NCBI GenBank assembly: GCA_937969345.1
Contig: CALBVK010000246.1
Coordinates: forward strand, 463-64,462
DNA length: 64,000 bases
Source of the DNA: an uncultured Acidimicrobiales bacterium
Lineage (GTDB): Bacteria; Actinomycetota; Acidimicrobiia; Acidimicrobiales; SHLQ01
Direction: 5' to 3'
Shown here: piece after piece, positions 33,249-42,322 of the stretch
Layout of the letters: each line of letters starts with the position of its first letter
Numbering within the stretch: position 1 is the stretch's first letter
The notes under the pieces: generated by a model
Database searches by the model: none
Seen by the model: only the letters and a program-made list of their open reading frames with translations
Told to the model about the DNA's origin: nothing
Translations under genes and position numbers: made by a program

Positions 33249-35966
33249 ATGAGGTTGGGTGACGCACGCGAATGGCGGGAGAGAGTGTCCGCCCTTGTCT
33301 TTTCTTCAACACATCCCACGGTCATCGCTGCTCCTCCGGGATTCGGCGTCGGCTCGATTGCTGCGCACCTGCAGTCGAGCGAGCAGGCGGTTCCAGCGAC
33401 CGTCCTCGACCTCGACTCGGTCGACCCGTCGCGACTCGGCATCGAGAAGCTGCTGAGAAAACATGTCGTCTTTACAGGTCGCGAGATCCCAAACCTTGCC
33501 CAGATCCCGAACGCCCAGCTCATCGATCACCGCACGCTTCGCTTCACCGAGAGTGAGGCGATCCACGAAGCAGCGCGCCTCGGCGTCGATGAGTCGGTAG
33601 CCCGCTCGATACATCTCTTCACACGCGGCTGGCCAGAGTACTTCTGCGCCTGTCTCGATGTTGCGAGCCAGACGGACCAGTTGAGTCCTTCGGAGGCATA
33701 CGATCGTCTCCACAAGGGCCCACACCTGCAGCCGCTGATCGACTCGTGCACGATCGAACTGTCGAAGACGGACCGGCACCAGGTTGGCCAGCTCACCCAT
33801 TTCACCAAGATCTCCCCGGGAATCGTCTCGTCACTGCTTGGCGAACGCGGTCTCGCCCGCATCCAGCGCGCTGGCCTACCGATCATCGAGACCCATCCGG
33901 GCTGGTACGAGATCCTCGAGCCCGTACGATCGTCGTTGCGAGCGAGCGCGACCCTCGATGAGCAGACCGCAAGGTCGCTCGCCCCTGAGCTCGTCGCCGA
34001 TGCCGGAATGGTAGCAGGCGCTCGAATCCTGCTCACCGCAGGGCAACCTGCCGCTGCTGCCACAGCACTACGATCGGTGCCGGTCCATAAGCTCGACGAG
34101 GGCAGCCAGTCCCTGTTGCTGTCCTTGCTTCGCACGGTGCTCGACACCGAGAAGGACGATGGTTCACTCCACCTGCGATTGGCGCGGGTCCACCACAATC
34201 ACGGCGACCTCATCTCCATGCGCCGCACCCTCCAGCAAGCGGCCACGATCGCGGAAGATCAGTTGCGACCCGACCTCGAGATCGAGGCAAAGGCTGAGCT
34301 CCTACTACTCGACCTTCCTGACACCGACGAAGCAGCCATCCGCTCACGGCACCGGATCCTGCTCGACCAGGCCCGGGAACATGCAAGCTCGCTCGCTCAA
34401 ATTCGCCTGCGTGAAGTGGAAGTGATTCTGGAGATCCAAAACGGCGGCGATCTCCAAGGCATGTACCAGGCAGCGGCCAACCTCGAGTCCGTCGCGAACG
34501 ACTGGGAGCTCGTTGGTGAGCCAGCACGAGCCTCGTCGGCAATCCGTGTTCTCGCGAGCTCCGCCTTCTTCCATTTCGGTAGCTACGCCCGAGCTATCGA
34601 GATCCTCGGCCGCGCATGCGAACTTGCCACCGGACAGCCCCAAGCGCTGCTGAAGAGCCTGACCTTGCTCGAGCGCAACTACGCAATGCTCGGCGATGTC
34701 GAGCTCGCAATGCAGACCAGTCAGAAGGTCGACGAACTTCTCGACGGAGCAGGCCTGCCCTGGATCGACGCGTACCACGGCTGGTCGGCCATGATCCTTG
34801 CCGGGTATCAGCAAGACCGCGACGGTGTCATCACGAACCAACGGCGAGCCGAAACGCTCCTCGGCAGCTTGTTCAGCCATCCGACAGGAGCGGTCTTTCT
34901 TGCAGATGCGGCCGTCGCTGCAGCAGCAGCCGGAGACTACGACTCGGCAATCGGATTCCTGGAACGAGCCAGGGCTCGCCAGGTTGAGTCGCCGGTCGAG
35001 GTCGGATGTGCCCAGGTCTATGTCGCCGCGTTCCGCCGAGACCCCGATGTGCGGATGCTCGCCACCGAACTCCGAGAGACAGCGGAGATACCCCTCGAAC
35101 GCGAGTGGCGTATCGATCTTGCTGTTGCGCTCTCCGAGGGTCATACCGACATCACGCACGCGCAAGACGAGGCGAACCGATACGGACTTGGTCCGCTCGT
35201 CGACACCATGGTCCGCTCGTTTAACGCAAGCTCGAGCTCTCCGAAAATTCGGCTTCAGCTATTGGGCAACTTCGCCGTACAGGCCCCCGACGGCGAGCGG
35301 GTGATCTCGGGCGGCAAAGCGACCGAACTCGTCAAATTCCTTGGTGTCCGACTCAAGGCCGTACCGGTCGATGTCGTCATCGAGCATTTATGGGGAGACG
35401 TGCCAACCGATGTTGGGCTGCGCCGGTTAAAGAACGTCGTTAGCAGGGCCCGGCTGGCCCTGGGCCAAGAGGCCGTCGAGCGTCGCGGGCAGTCGATCGG
35501 ACTGAGCACCGACGTCACGTCGGACTTGATCGAGGTTCGCGATCTGCTCCGTCGCCTCCGAACACATCCAGACGATGTAGAGGCGGCCGCCGCAGTAGTC
35601 GATATGTATCAGGGCCCGCTGTTGGAGCTCGATGTGTATCACGACTGGGTCGATTCCGAGCGTCGCTCTCTCGATGTTGCGGTTTCCTCAGCGCTCGAAC
35701 TGGTCGTCGATCATGGAGAGGCATCGGCATCGTGGGCCCTCGACGCGCTCCGCAGACTTGCACCGGTAGATGAGCGACCATTCATGGCCGTCGCAGACCT
35801 CGCTCATCGACACGACGATCTAGCAACACTGCAGCTCGCACTCGATGAGGTGCGTCGGGTCTGCGACGACCTCGAGGTCCGGCTGCCAACCGGCTACGAC
35901 CGATTGGCAGCCCGAATCTCGGTATCAGCCGGTCCAGATTCCGACAGCACCTTCGAGGGTTCCTGA
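33249..35966 (+). CDS. Large transcriptional regulator: MalT/STAND-like N-terminal region with repeat-rich middle and a C-terminal SARP module (OmpR-type winged helix plus BTAD)
   Basis: The C-terminus IRLQLLGNFAVQAPDGERVISGGKATELVKFLG...HLWGDVP...LRRLKNVVSRARLAL then DLIEVRDLLRR...MYQGPLLELDVYHDWVDSERRSL is SARP-like. The N-terminal P-loop position reads VIAAPPGFGVGS (no Lys). The start is uncertain (track 33030; ATG 33249 chosen). Confidence 0.65.
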   Translation: MRLGDAREWRERVSALVFSSTHPTVIAAPPGFGVGSIAAHLQSSEQAVPATVLDLDSVDPSRLGIEKLLRKHVVFTGREIPNLAQIPNAQLIDHRTLRFTESEAIHEAARLGVDESVARSIHLFTRGWPEYFCACLDVASQTDQLSPSEAYDRLHKGPHLQPLIDSCTIELSKTDRHQVGQLTHFTKISPGIVSSLLGERGLARIQRAGLPIIETHPGWYEILEPVRSSLRASATLDEQTARSLAPELVADAGMVAGARILLTAGQPAAAATALRSVPVHKLDEGSQSLLLSLLRTVLDTEKDDGSLHLRLARVHHNHGDLISMRRTLQQAATIAEDQLRPDLEIEAKAELLLLDLPDTDEAAIRSRHRILLDQAREHASSLAQIRLREVEVILEIQNGGDLQGMYQAAANLESVANDWELVGEPARASSAIRVLASSAFFHFGSYARAIEILGRACELATGQPQALLKSLTLLERNYAMLGDVELAMQTSQKVDELLDGAGLPWIDAYHGWSAMILAGYQQDRDGVITNQRRAETLLGSLFSHPTGAVFLADAAVAAAAAGDYDSAIGFLERARARQVESPVEVGCAQVYVAAFRRDPDVRMLATELRETAEIPLEREWRIDLAVALSEGHTDITHAQDEANRYGLGPLVDTMVRSFNASSSSPKIRLQLLGNFAVQAPDGERVISGGKATELVKFLGVRLKAVPVDVVIEHLWGDVPTDVGLRRLKNVVSRARLALGQEAVERRGQSIGLSTDVTSDLIEVRDLLRRLRTHPDDVEAAAAVVDMYQGPLLELDVYHDWVDSERRSLDVAVSSALELVVDHGEASASWALDALRRLAPVDERPFMAVADLAHRHDDLATLQLALDEVRRVCDDLEVRLPTGYDRLAARISVSAGPDSDSTFEGS

Positions 35967-36038
35967 GGCAAGCGCCGAGCCAGCCGCTGCGCCGAGAACC
36001 GCTGAAGCGGTGATGATCAAACGTTTGATGGACTTCAT
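35925..36038 (-). CDS. Possible small secreted peptide (37 aa)
   Basis: MKSIKRLIITASAVLGAAAGSALA-SGTLEGAVGIWTG. AAAGGA lies 9 nt upstream of ATG 36038. It overlaps the 3' end of the convergent regulator gene by 42 nt. Weak evidence. Confidence 0.25.
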   Translation of the reverse strand: MKSIKRLIITASAVLGAAAGSALASGTLEGAVGIWTG

Positions 36039-36242
36039 GTCGTGGGGTCCTTTTGTTGAGGTACCCACACCAAACATTGGGATCGTCCCAGTCGGGTCAG
36101 CGCTCGCGCTGGGACTCGATAGGGACCGCACCACTCTCAGTACCAGCTCCGCAATCCGCCTCGCGATCTGCGTACGTGCGCCCGCGCCCGGTTAGCAATC
36201 CTGCGTGAAACGGTTGTCTCGCGGTGTTGAAACAGCGAGGGC

Positions 36243-36821
36243 TCAGATTTCTCCGGCAGCGCACACAACGAACGCGTGCGCCTCAAAGGGGTCGAGTCCC
36301 ACACCAAAATTTGGGGAATCGAACACGTCATCGGCATACACCTCGATCAACTGATCGACGATGCACGTGGCATCTTCGACGGTGCGGCCGAACGACTCAA
36401 GCCGCGATATCGCCCGTTGACGTCGCGCTCCAGCGTCAGAACCTGTTGGTTCCGAATACTCCGAACCTCCCGACACCCCACTCGCCGACGGCTCTGGATC
36501 GCTGGCTGGCGGATTGACGATCTGGGTCCCGGCCACCTCCACGTCCGGGACCGAACCGGTTCCGATACAACGACCTGAGGCACTCACGAGTGCTTCATGA
36601 TCCTGCGACGTCCGGTCGCGACGCGGGTCGGCTGCCTCGACGCGACCGAGCACATCGAGGGTGTCGGCCATACACGTAGCCTCGGCCTCGCTTGCTCCGG
36701 TCGTCTCGAGTGCGTTGATCGCGTCTTCGCGAGCAAAGTCGTCCGATCCCGCACACGACGAGAGCACTACGATCGCGAAGAACGCACTCAGTAGACGTCG
36801 ATGGATGGCGAGGTGCAACAC
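36243..36821 (-). CDS. Hypothetical lipoprotein
   Basis: Signal plus lipobox LLSAFFAIVVLSSC. There are two internal similar segments (…ASEAEATCMADTLDVL… and …TVEDATCIVDQLIEVY…). No family recognised. Confidence 0.55.
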   Translation of the reverse strand: MLHLAIHRRLLSAFFAIVVLSSCAGSDDFAREDAINALETTGASEAEATCMADTLDVLGRVEAADPRRDRTSQDHEALVSASGRCIGTGSVPDVEVAGTQIVNPPASDPEPSASGVSGGSEYSEPTGSDAGARRQRAISRLESFGRTVEDATCIVDQLIEVYADDVFDSPNFGVGLDPFEAHAFVVCAAGEI

Positions 36822-36924
36822 ACGGTGCCCGTCGGCATCGATGCGCCAAGCTTGAGTTCCCGGATCTCTACGGCCTCGGCACGGTAAGCTTGCACTGTTT
36901 GCCGAGCAACCGAGGTATCGCCAC

Positions 36925-39207
36925 GTGGCCGTTTACGCCAACACCCCTATCGAACTGATCAACGCCGTCTACGGCACGCTCGATGAGCGTCTTGCGAAGG
37001 GCCGTGAGCGTCTCGGCCGGGCGCTGACGCTCACCGAGAAGATCTTGATCAACCACCTCGACGACGTCGACACCGGTGGCATGGAGCGCGGCGTTAGCTA
37101 CACCGACCTTCGCCCAGATCGTGTCGCGATGCAGGATGCCACTGCACAGATGGCCTGGCTGCAATTCATGACCGCAGGTCTTCCGCAGACAGCGGTCCCG
37201 ACCACAACACACTGCGACCACCTGATTCAGGCCCGCGTCGACGGCAAGACCGACCTCGCTGTCGCCGCCGACACCAACAAAGAGGTGTATCAGTTCCTCG
37301 AGGATGTCAGCGCCAAGTTCGGTGGCGGATTCTGGGCCCCGGGCTCGGGCATTATCCATCAGGTTGTGCTCGAGAACTACGCGTTTCCCGGCGGCATGAT
37401 GCTCGGCACCGACAGCCACACGCCAAACGCTGGTGGCCTCGGCATGATCGCTGTCGGCGTGGGCGGCGCGGACGCTGTCGACGTCATGACCGGATTCCCG
37501 TGGAACGTCCGTTGGCCAAAGGCGATCGGCGTGCACCTGACCGGTGAGCTCACCGGATGGGCTGCGCCGAAGGACGTCATCTTGAAGGTCGCCGAGATCC
37601 TCACCGTCAAGGGTGGAACCGGCGCAATCGTTGAATACTTCGGCCCCGGAGCCGAAAGCATGTCCGCTACGGGCAAGGCCACGATCTGCAACATGGGTGC
37701 CGAGATCGGCGCTACCACGTCGTTGTTTGCCTACGACGACGCCACGAGTCGTTACCTAAAGGCCACCGGCCGCGAAGAAATCGACGACGCTGCTCGCAAG
37801 GTCGCCCACCATCTGCGGGCCGACGACGAGGTCTACGCAAACCCCGGCGACTACTTCGACCAGGTCATCGAAATCGACCTCAGCACCCTCGAGCCGCTGA
37901 TCAACGGCCCACATACCCCTGACCTTGCCCGTCCGCTCAGCAAACTCGGTGCCGAAGCCGAGCTCAACGGATGGCCAAAGGAAATCTCGGCGGCCCTGAT
38001 CGGTTCTTGCACGAACTCTTCCTATGAGGACATCAGCCGTGCAGCCTCGATCGCCCGCGATGCTGCCGCCAAGGGTCTCACCGCCAAGGTGCCGTTCATG
38101 GTTACGCCTGGCTCTGAGGCAACAATGCGCACCATCGAACGCGATGGCTTCCTCGCCGACCTCGAAGCAATCGGGGGCATCGTTCTCGCCAACGCCTGCG
38201 GTCCATGTATTGGCCAGTGGAAGCGCGATGACCGCGAAGGCAGCGAAGGCACCGCCAACAGCATCGTGACGTCGTACAACCGCAACTTCCCAAAGCGCAA
38301 CGATGGCGACGGAGCAACCCTTGCCTTTGTGACGTCGCCCGAGACAACGGTTGCACTCGCTCTCGCAGGCACGCTCGACTTCGATCCAAAGACCGACACG
38401 TTGACCAACGACGCTGGCGAACAGGTCATGCTCACCGTGGGTGCGGCGATCGAATTGCCGAGCGCCGGGTTCGAAGACGGCACGTCGATGTTCATCGCTC
38501 CCCCAGAGGACGCTTCCGACATCGACATCAGCGTCTCCCCGGACTCTGATCGACTCCAGTTGCTCACGCCATTCCCGGCATGGGACGGCAACGACTACCT
38601 CGAGCTCCCGATCCTTGGCAAAGGCATGGGCAAGGTCACCACCGACCACATCTCGATGGCTGGCCCATGGCTCAAGTACCGCGGCCACCTCGAGAACATT
38701 TCGGGCAACCTGTACCTCGGTGTCGTCAACGCCTATACCGGCGAGAGCGAGCTAGCCGTCGACCCATCCGATGGCCAGACCAAGAGCTACCCAAACATTG
38801 CAAAAAGCCTGCACGAAAAGGGCATCAACTGGGTGTTCATTGGTGAGGAAAACGTCGGTGAGGGTTCCAGCCGTGAACATGCGGCCATGGAGCCACGCTT
38901 CCGTGGGTGCCATGCCGTGTTCGCCAAGTCGTTTGCTCGAATCCACGAGACGAACCTGAAGAAGCAGGGCGTGTTGGCACTCACGTTTGCCGACCCTGAC
39001 TTTTGGCTTGCAATCGAAGAGGGAGACACGATCTCGATCACCGGCCTCGCCGAGCTCTCCCCGGGCAAGCCCGTCGATTGTGTCCTGCATAAGGCCGACG
39101 GCGAGAGCATCGAATTCCAGGCAAACCAGACGCTCTCCCCCGATCAGATCGAGTGGTTCCACGCAGGATCTGCACTCAACCTGATCCGACAGCAGACAGC
39201 AGGCTGA
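36925..39207 (+). CDS. acn: Aconitate hydratase, mitochondrial-type (about 760 aa)
   Basis: GRALTLTEKILINHLDD matches the N-terminal signature of mitochondrial aconitase (RPLTLSEKIVYGHLDD). Fe-S ligand contexts are GTDSHTPNAGGLG, IGSCTNSSYEDI and ANACGPCIGQW. The swivel domain contains GEGSSREHAA. GTG start. Confidence 0.93.
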   Translation: MAVYANTPIELINAVYGTLDERLAKGRERLGRALTLTEKILINHLDDVDTGGMERGVSYTDLRPDRVAMQDATAQMAWLQFMTAGLPQTAVPTTTHCDHLIQARVDGKTDLAVAADTNKEVYQFLEDVSAKFGGGFWAPGSGIIHQVVLENYAFPGGMMLGTDSHTPNAGGLGMIAVGVGGADAVDVMTGFPWNVRWPKAIGVHLTGELTGWAAPKDVILKVAEILTVKGGTGAIVEYFGPGAESMSATGKATICNMGAEIGATTSLFAYDDATSRYLKATGREEIDDAARKVAHHLRADDEVYANPGDYFDQVIEIDLSTLEPLINGPHTPDLARPLSKLGAEAELNGWPKEISAALIGSCTNSSYEDISRAASIARDAAAKGLTAKVPFMVTPGSEATMRTIERDGFLADLEAIGGIVLANACGPCIGQWKRDDREGSEGTANSIVTSYNRNFPKRNDGDGATLAFVTSPETTVALALAGTLDFDPKTDTLTNDAGEQVMLTVGAAIELPSAGFEDGTSMFIAPPEDASDIDISVSPDSDRLQLLTPFPAWDGNDYLELPILGKGMGKVTTDHISMAGPWLKYRGHLENISGNLYLGVVNAYTGESELAVDPSDGQTKSYPNIAKSLHEKGINWVFIGEENVGEGSSREHAAMEPRFRGCHAVFAKSFARIHETNLKKQGVLALTFADPDFWLAIEEGDTISITGLAELSPGKPVDCVLHKADGESIEFQANQTLSPDQIEWFHAGSALNLIRQQTAG

Positions 39208-39217
39208 TCCAAGACTC

Positions 39218-40138
39218 ATGGATCTTCGCCAGCTCAACGCCATCGTGGCGGTCTCGGAACACCGAAGCTTCTCTGCCGCTGCCCGAGCCCTCCACACGGT
39301 GCAGTCAAATGTTTCAACGCACGTGGCTCGCCTCGAGCGAGAACTCGACGCGGTGTTGGTCGACCGGCGCACCGGCGAGTTAACCGCAGAGGGCGAGGTT
39401 GTCGTCCTTCGAGCGCTACGTATCAAGGCCGAGCTCCAGGCAATCCCCGCCGATGTGTCTGCGCTCCGCGACGACATTCGTGGCACTGTTCGCTTCGGCA
39501 TCATCGGCACGACAGGACGTTGGCTCGTGCCAGCGCTCCTGACGGCACTGAAGAAGGACTTCCCTGGTGTACACCTCGTCGTGGTCGACGCGACCACCAC
39601 AGGCTTGTTGCCGCAGCTGCAGAGTGGGCAGTTAACAATGGCTGTTCTGAACCTGCCGCTGAGCGAACCCGAACTTGCCTCCGAGCCGCTCTTCGATGAG
39701 GAACGCATCCTCATTGTTCCCAAGACGCATCCGTTGTCCAAACACGAGAGAGTGACGCTGGCCGACCTCGCAAAGCACGAAATCGTGTTGCCTCCGGAGG
39801 GGACTCAGTTCCGAAACGAGGTCGACGAAGCCGCCGCCGAACTCGGCATCGTGCTCAAGCCAGCGGCCGAACTCGATGGCATGCGCCTGCTGGCGTCGCT
39901 CGCGTTTCAGGGATATGCACCCGCTTTGGTTCCCGCTACGGCGGCTCCCTTTGGCGAAGGCAACGACTGGTGCATCGTCAATGTCGACGATATGTCGACC
40001 CGAAGCGTTGGGCTGGCGTACCGTCGCTGGACCACACTTCCGGCGCCGGCGAGGGCTGTCCAGCAGGTAATCGGCGAGGTCGTGGCCGAGCGCGGAGCGC
40101 AGCAACCAGGCCTTCACGTCACCGTTGCAGACGACTAG
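39218..40138 (+). CDS. LysR-family transcriptional regulator
   Basis: N-terminal HTH MDLRQLNAIVAVSEHRSFSAAARALHTVQSNVSTHVARLE and a LysR substrate-binding domain of appropriate length. Confidence 0.9.
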   Translation: MDLRQLNAIVAVSEHRSFSAAARALHTVQSNVSTHVARLERELDAVLVDRRTGELTAEGEVVVLRALRIKAELQAIPADVSALRDDIRGTVRFGIIGTTGRWLVPALLTALKKDFPGVHLVVVDATTTGLLPQLQSGQLTMAVLNLPLSEPELASEPLFDEERILIVPKTHPLSKHERVTLADLAKHEIVLPPEGTQFRNEVDEAAAELGIVLKPAAELDGMRLLASLAFQGYAPALVPATAAPFGEGNDWCIVNVDDMSTRSVGLAYRRWTTLPAPARAVQQVIGEVVAERGAQQPGLHVTVADD

Positions 40139-40152
40139 CGGCCGCGTCGGCG

Positions 40153-40629
40153 CTACTTGCCGTTGTTGTCTTTGACGTTCGTGTTCTGATTGGTGTTTCC
40201 CTTGCCGTTGCCGGGAATGTCCTTTTCACAAATCAGGCCATCGCCATTGGCATCGACGTCTTGGCCGTTCTTTTTGGTCGAGTTGTTGGGGATCAAACGC
40301 CAGCCCGTTGGGCAGGTCCTGTCACCGTCGTCGTAGACATCCAAGGCTCCGCCGTTTGACGTCTGATCTGGGTCGGAGTCATCGGACTCGCTGCCGGAGG
40401 GACCAGCGCCGGTCGCCAGGTCGACGGCTTCGTCCTCCACCGGCGCCATCGATTGCACGACGGCAACGATGTCGTCGAAATCTGATGCGACGTGCTGAGA
40501 TATCAGCTGGACGCTGCCAAGCGACATGGCAGCGAGCGTTCCCATGAGCATCGCGTATTCGACGATGGCGGTGCCTCGATCGCCGCGAGCCTTCAGTCTA
40601 TGAAGAAGTCTTTTCACCATGATCGCCAC
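40153..40629 (-). CDS. Flp-like (type IVb/Tad) prepilin N-terminus fused to a roughly 110-aa acidic/Asn-rich C-terminal extension
   Basis: RGDRG-TAIVEYAMLMGTLAAMSLGSV matches the Flp leader/G-x4-EY motif plus hydrophobic helix. The C-terminal part carries a DxDxDG-type loop (VDANGDGLICEKD) and a low-GC Asn/Lys-rich tail. Confidence 0.55.
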   Translation of the reverse strand: MAIMVKRLLHRLKARGDRGTAIVEYAMLMGTLAAMSLGSVQLISQHVASDFDDIVAVVQSMAPVEDEAVDLATGAGPSGSESDDSDPDQTSNGGALDVYDDGDRTCPTGWRLIPNNSTKKNGQDVDANGDGLICEKDIPGNGKGNTNQNTNVKDNNGK

Positions 40630-40798
40630 CTGCCGTCTGTCCGTATCTCGTTTTGTCTACGACAGCTACTACGGAATATTCGGCGCGGAACAAAAGTGCC
40701 AAAACTGTTGCCTTTAGGTGTCCGCTTGCGAGCGAGAATTTCTGAAATCACGCTCTCGATGCGGTCGGCGCTGACAAGGCAGCAATACACTTCGGGAC

Positions 40799-42133
40799 GT
40801 GACGGCTCTCGATCCTGATGTTCAACGCAGTACCCGCGTGGTCGAGCGAGGAAGCGATGGTCGCCGACGCGTCGTCGTCCGTATCGCGACTCGCGAGGAA
40901 AGCGCACTCACGTCCGCCGACGCGAATCTCATTGCATCGGGCGCAGCGAACGCCCGTGAGCAGGGAATTCCGTTTGTCTGTGAATTCCGGGCCAACGGAC
41001 CGTCCGCTGAGGAAGAGCTCGCTGTAACGTTCGCCATCGGCAGCGCAGCTCGCCAGCTCACCGCGTGCTCGGGCCGCGTACCGATGATCGGTGTGCTCCA
41101 CGGAGACGCCGTTGCCGGTCCGGCCCTGCTTCTCGGACTCCTCGATCACGTAATCGTCGTCGACCACAGCCACGCCTTCGTAAGCGGCCCTGCGATGGTG
41201 AGCGAGTTCACCGGCGTTGAGTTCAACCGCACCGAGCTCGGCGGAGCGAGCGTTCTGGCGAACCAAGCCGGCGTTGCATCGATGCAAGTTCCTGACATCG
41301 ACGCGGCATACGCGCTCGTCGACGACTTGCTGAGCGTCTTGCCATCGAACAACGAAGAGCCAGCGCCTTTCATTGCGAGCACCGACCCGATCGACCGCCC
41401 GGTTCCCGAGGCGGGCGAGATCATCCCGGACACACCGACCGGGGCGTACGACGTCCGCGATGTGATTGCCGAGATCGTCGACGACGGCTGGTTCCTCGAG
41501 TCACGTCCAACCTACGCAAACAACCTCGTCACGGGCTTTGCTTCGATCGGAGGCTTGCCGGTAGGCATCGTTGCGAATCAGCCCATGGCGATCGCTGGCA
41601 CGCTCGATATCCCGTCCTCGCAAAAGGGAGGCCGATTTGTTGCGTTCTGCGATGCCTTTAACCTTCCGCTCGTGACGTTGGTCGATACCTCCGGCTTCTA
41701 CCCCGGCAAGGACCTCGAGTGGCGCGGCATGATTCGCTACGGAGCGCAACTCGCCTTTGCCTACGCCAGGGCGACAGTCCCCCGGATCAACGTGACCCTC
41801 CGCAAGAGCTACGGCGGTGCGTACATCGTCATGGACTCAAAGAACATGGGCAATGACCTCGCCTTCGCCTGGCCATCGGCTGAGATTGCGGTGATGGGCG
41901 CCAAGGGGGCCGTCGAGATCTTGCACCGCAAGGCCGATGCCGACGAACGTGTTGAACTCGAAGCCGCCTACGAGGAGCGACTGCTCAATCCCTACATCGC
42001 CGCCCAACGTGGCACGGTCGATGCGGTGATAACCCCAGAGCAGACGCGTTCCGAGATCGGACATGGCTTGCAGCTGCTTGCATCCAAGCGCGAGATCCTC
42101 CCGCGACGCAAGCACGACAACACCCCGCTGTAA
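40799..42133 (+). CDS. Acyl-CoA carboxylase carboxyltransferase (beta) subunit, short form
   Basis: Carboxyl_trans family blocks: PVGIVANQPMAIAGTLDIPSSQKGGRFVAFCDAFNLPLVTLVDTSGFYPGKDLEWRGMIRYGAQL, YGGAYIVM, and AWPSAEIAVMGAKGAVEIL. GTG start. The N-terminal domain is shorter than in PccB/AccD5. Confidence 0.82.
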   Translation: MTALDPDVQRSTRVVERGSDGRRRVVVRIATREESALTSADANLIASGAANAREQGIPFVCEFRANGPSAEEELAVTFAIGSAARQLTACSGRVPMIGVLHGDAVAGPALLLGLLDHVIVVDHSHAFVSGPAMVSEFTGVEFNRTELGGASVLANQAGVASMQVPDIDAAYALVDDLLSVLPSNNEEPAPFIASTDPIDRPVPEAGEIIPDTPTGAYDVRDVIAEIVDDGWFLESRPTYANNLVTGFASIGGLPVGIVANQPMAIAGTLDIPSSQKGGRFVAFCDAFNLPLVTLVDTSGFYPGKDLEWRGMIRYGAQLAFAYARATVPRINVTLRKSYGGAYIVMDSKNMGNDLAFAWPSAEIAVMGAKGAVEILHRKADADERVELEAAYEERLLNPYIAAQRGTVDAVITPEQTRSEIGHGLQLLASKREILPRRKHDNTPL

Positions 42134-42322
42134 CTTCTGCTGTCGCAATCCCTCGCCTAGCGGCTCGTCGATGCTCGGCAGCCAGCCAGAGGCCCCCACC
42201 CGTATCCGCCGCCCTAGTGCAGGCAGCACAGCAATAGGGCCGTATGATGGATCGGGACGCAATGCCGCTCAATGGGGAGCTGGACGGGCGCTTCTTATCT
42301 CACCCTCGATACTGGAGATTTC

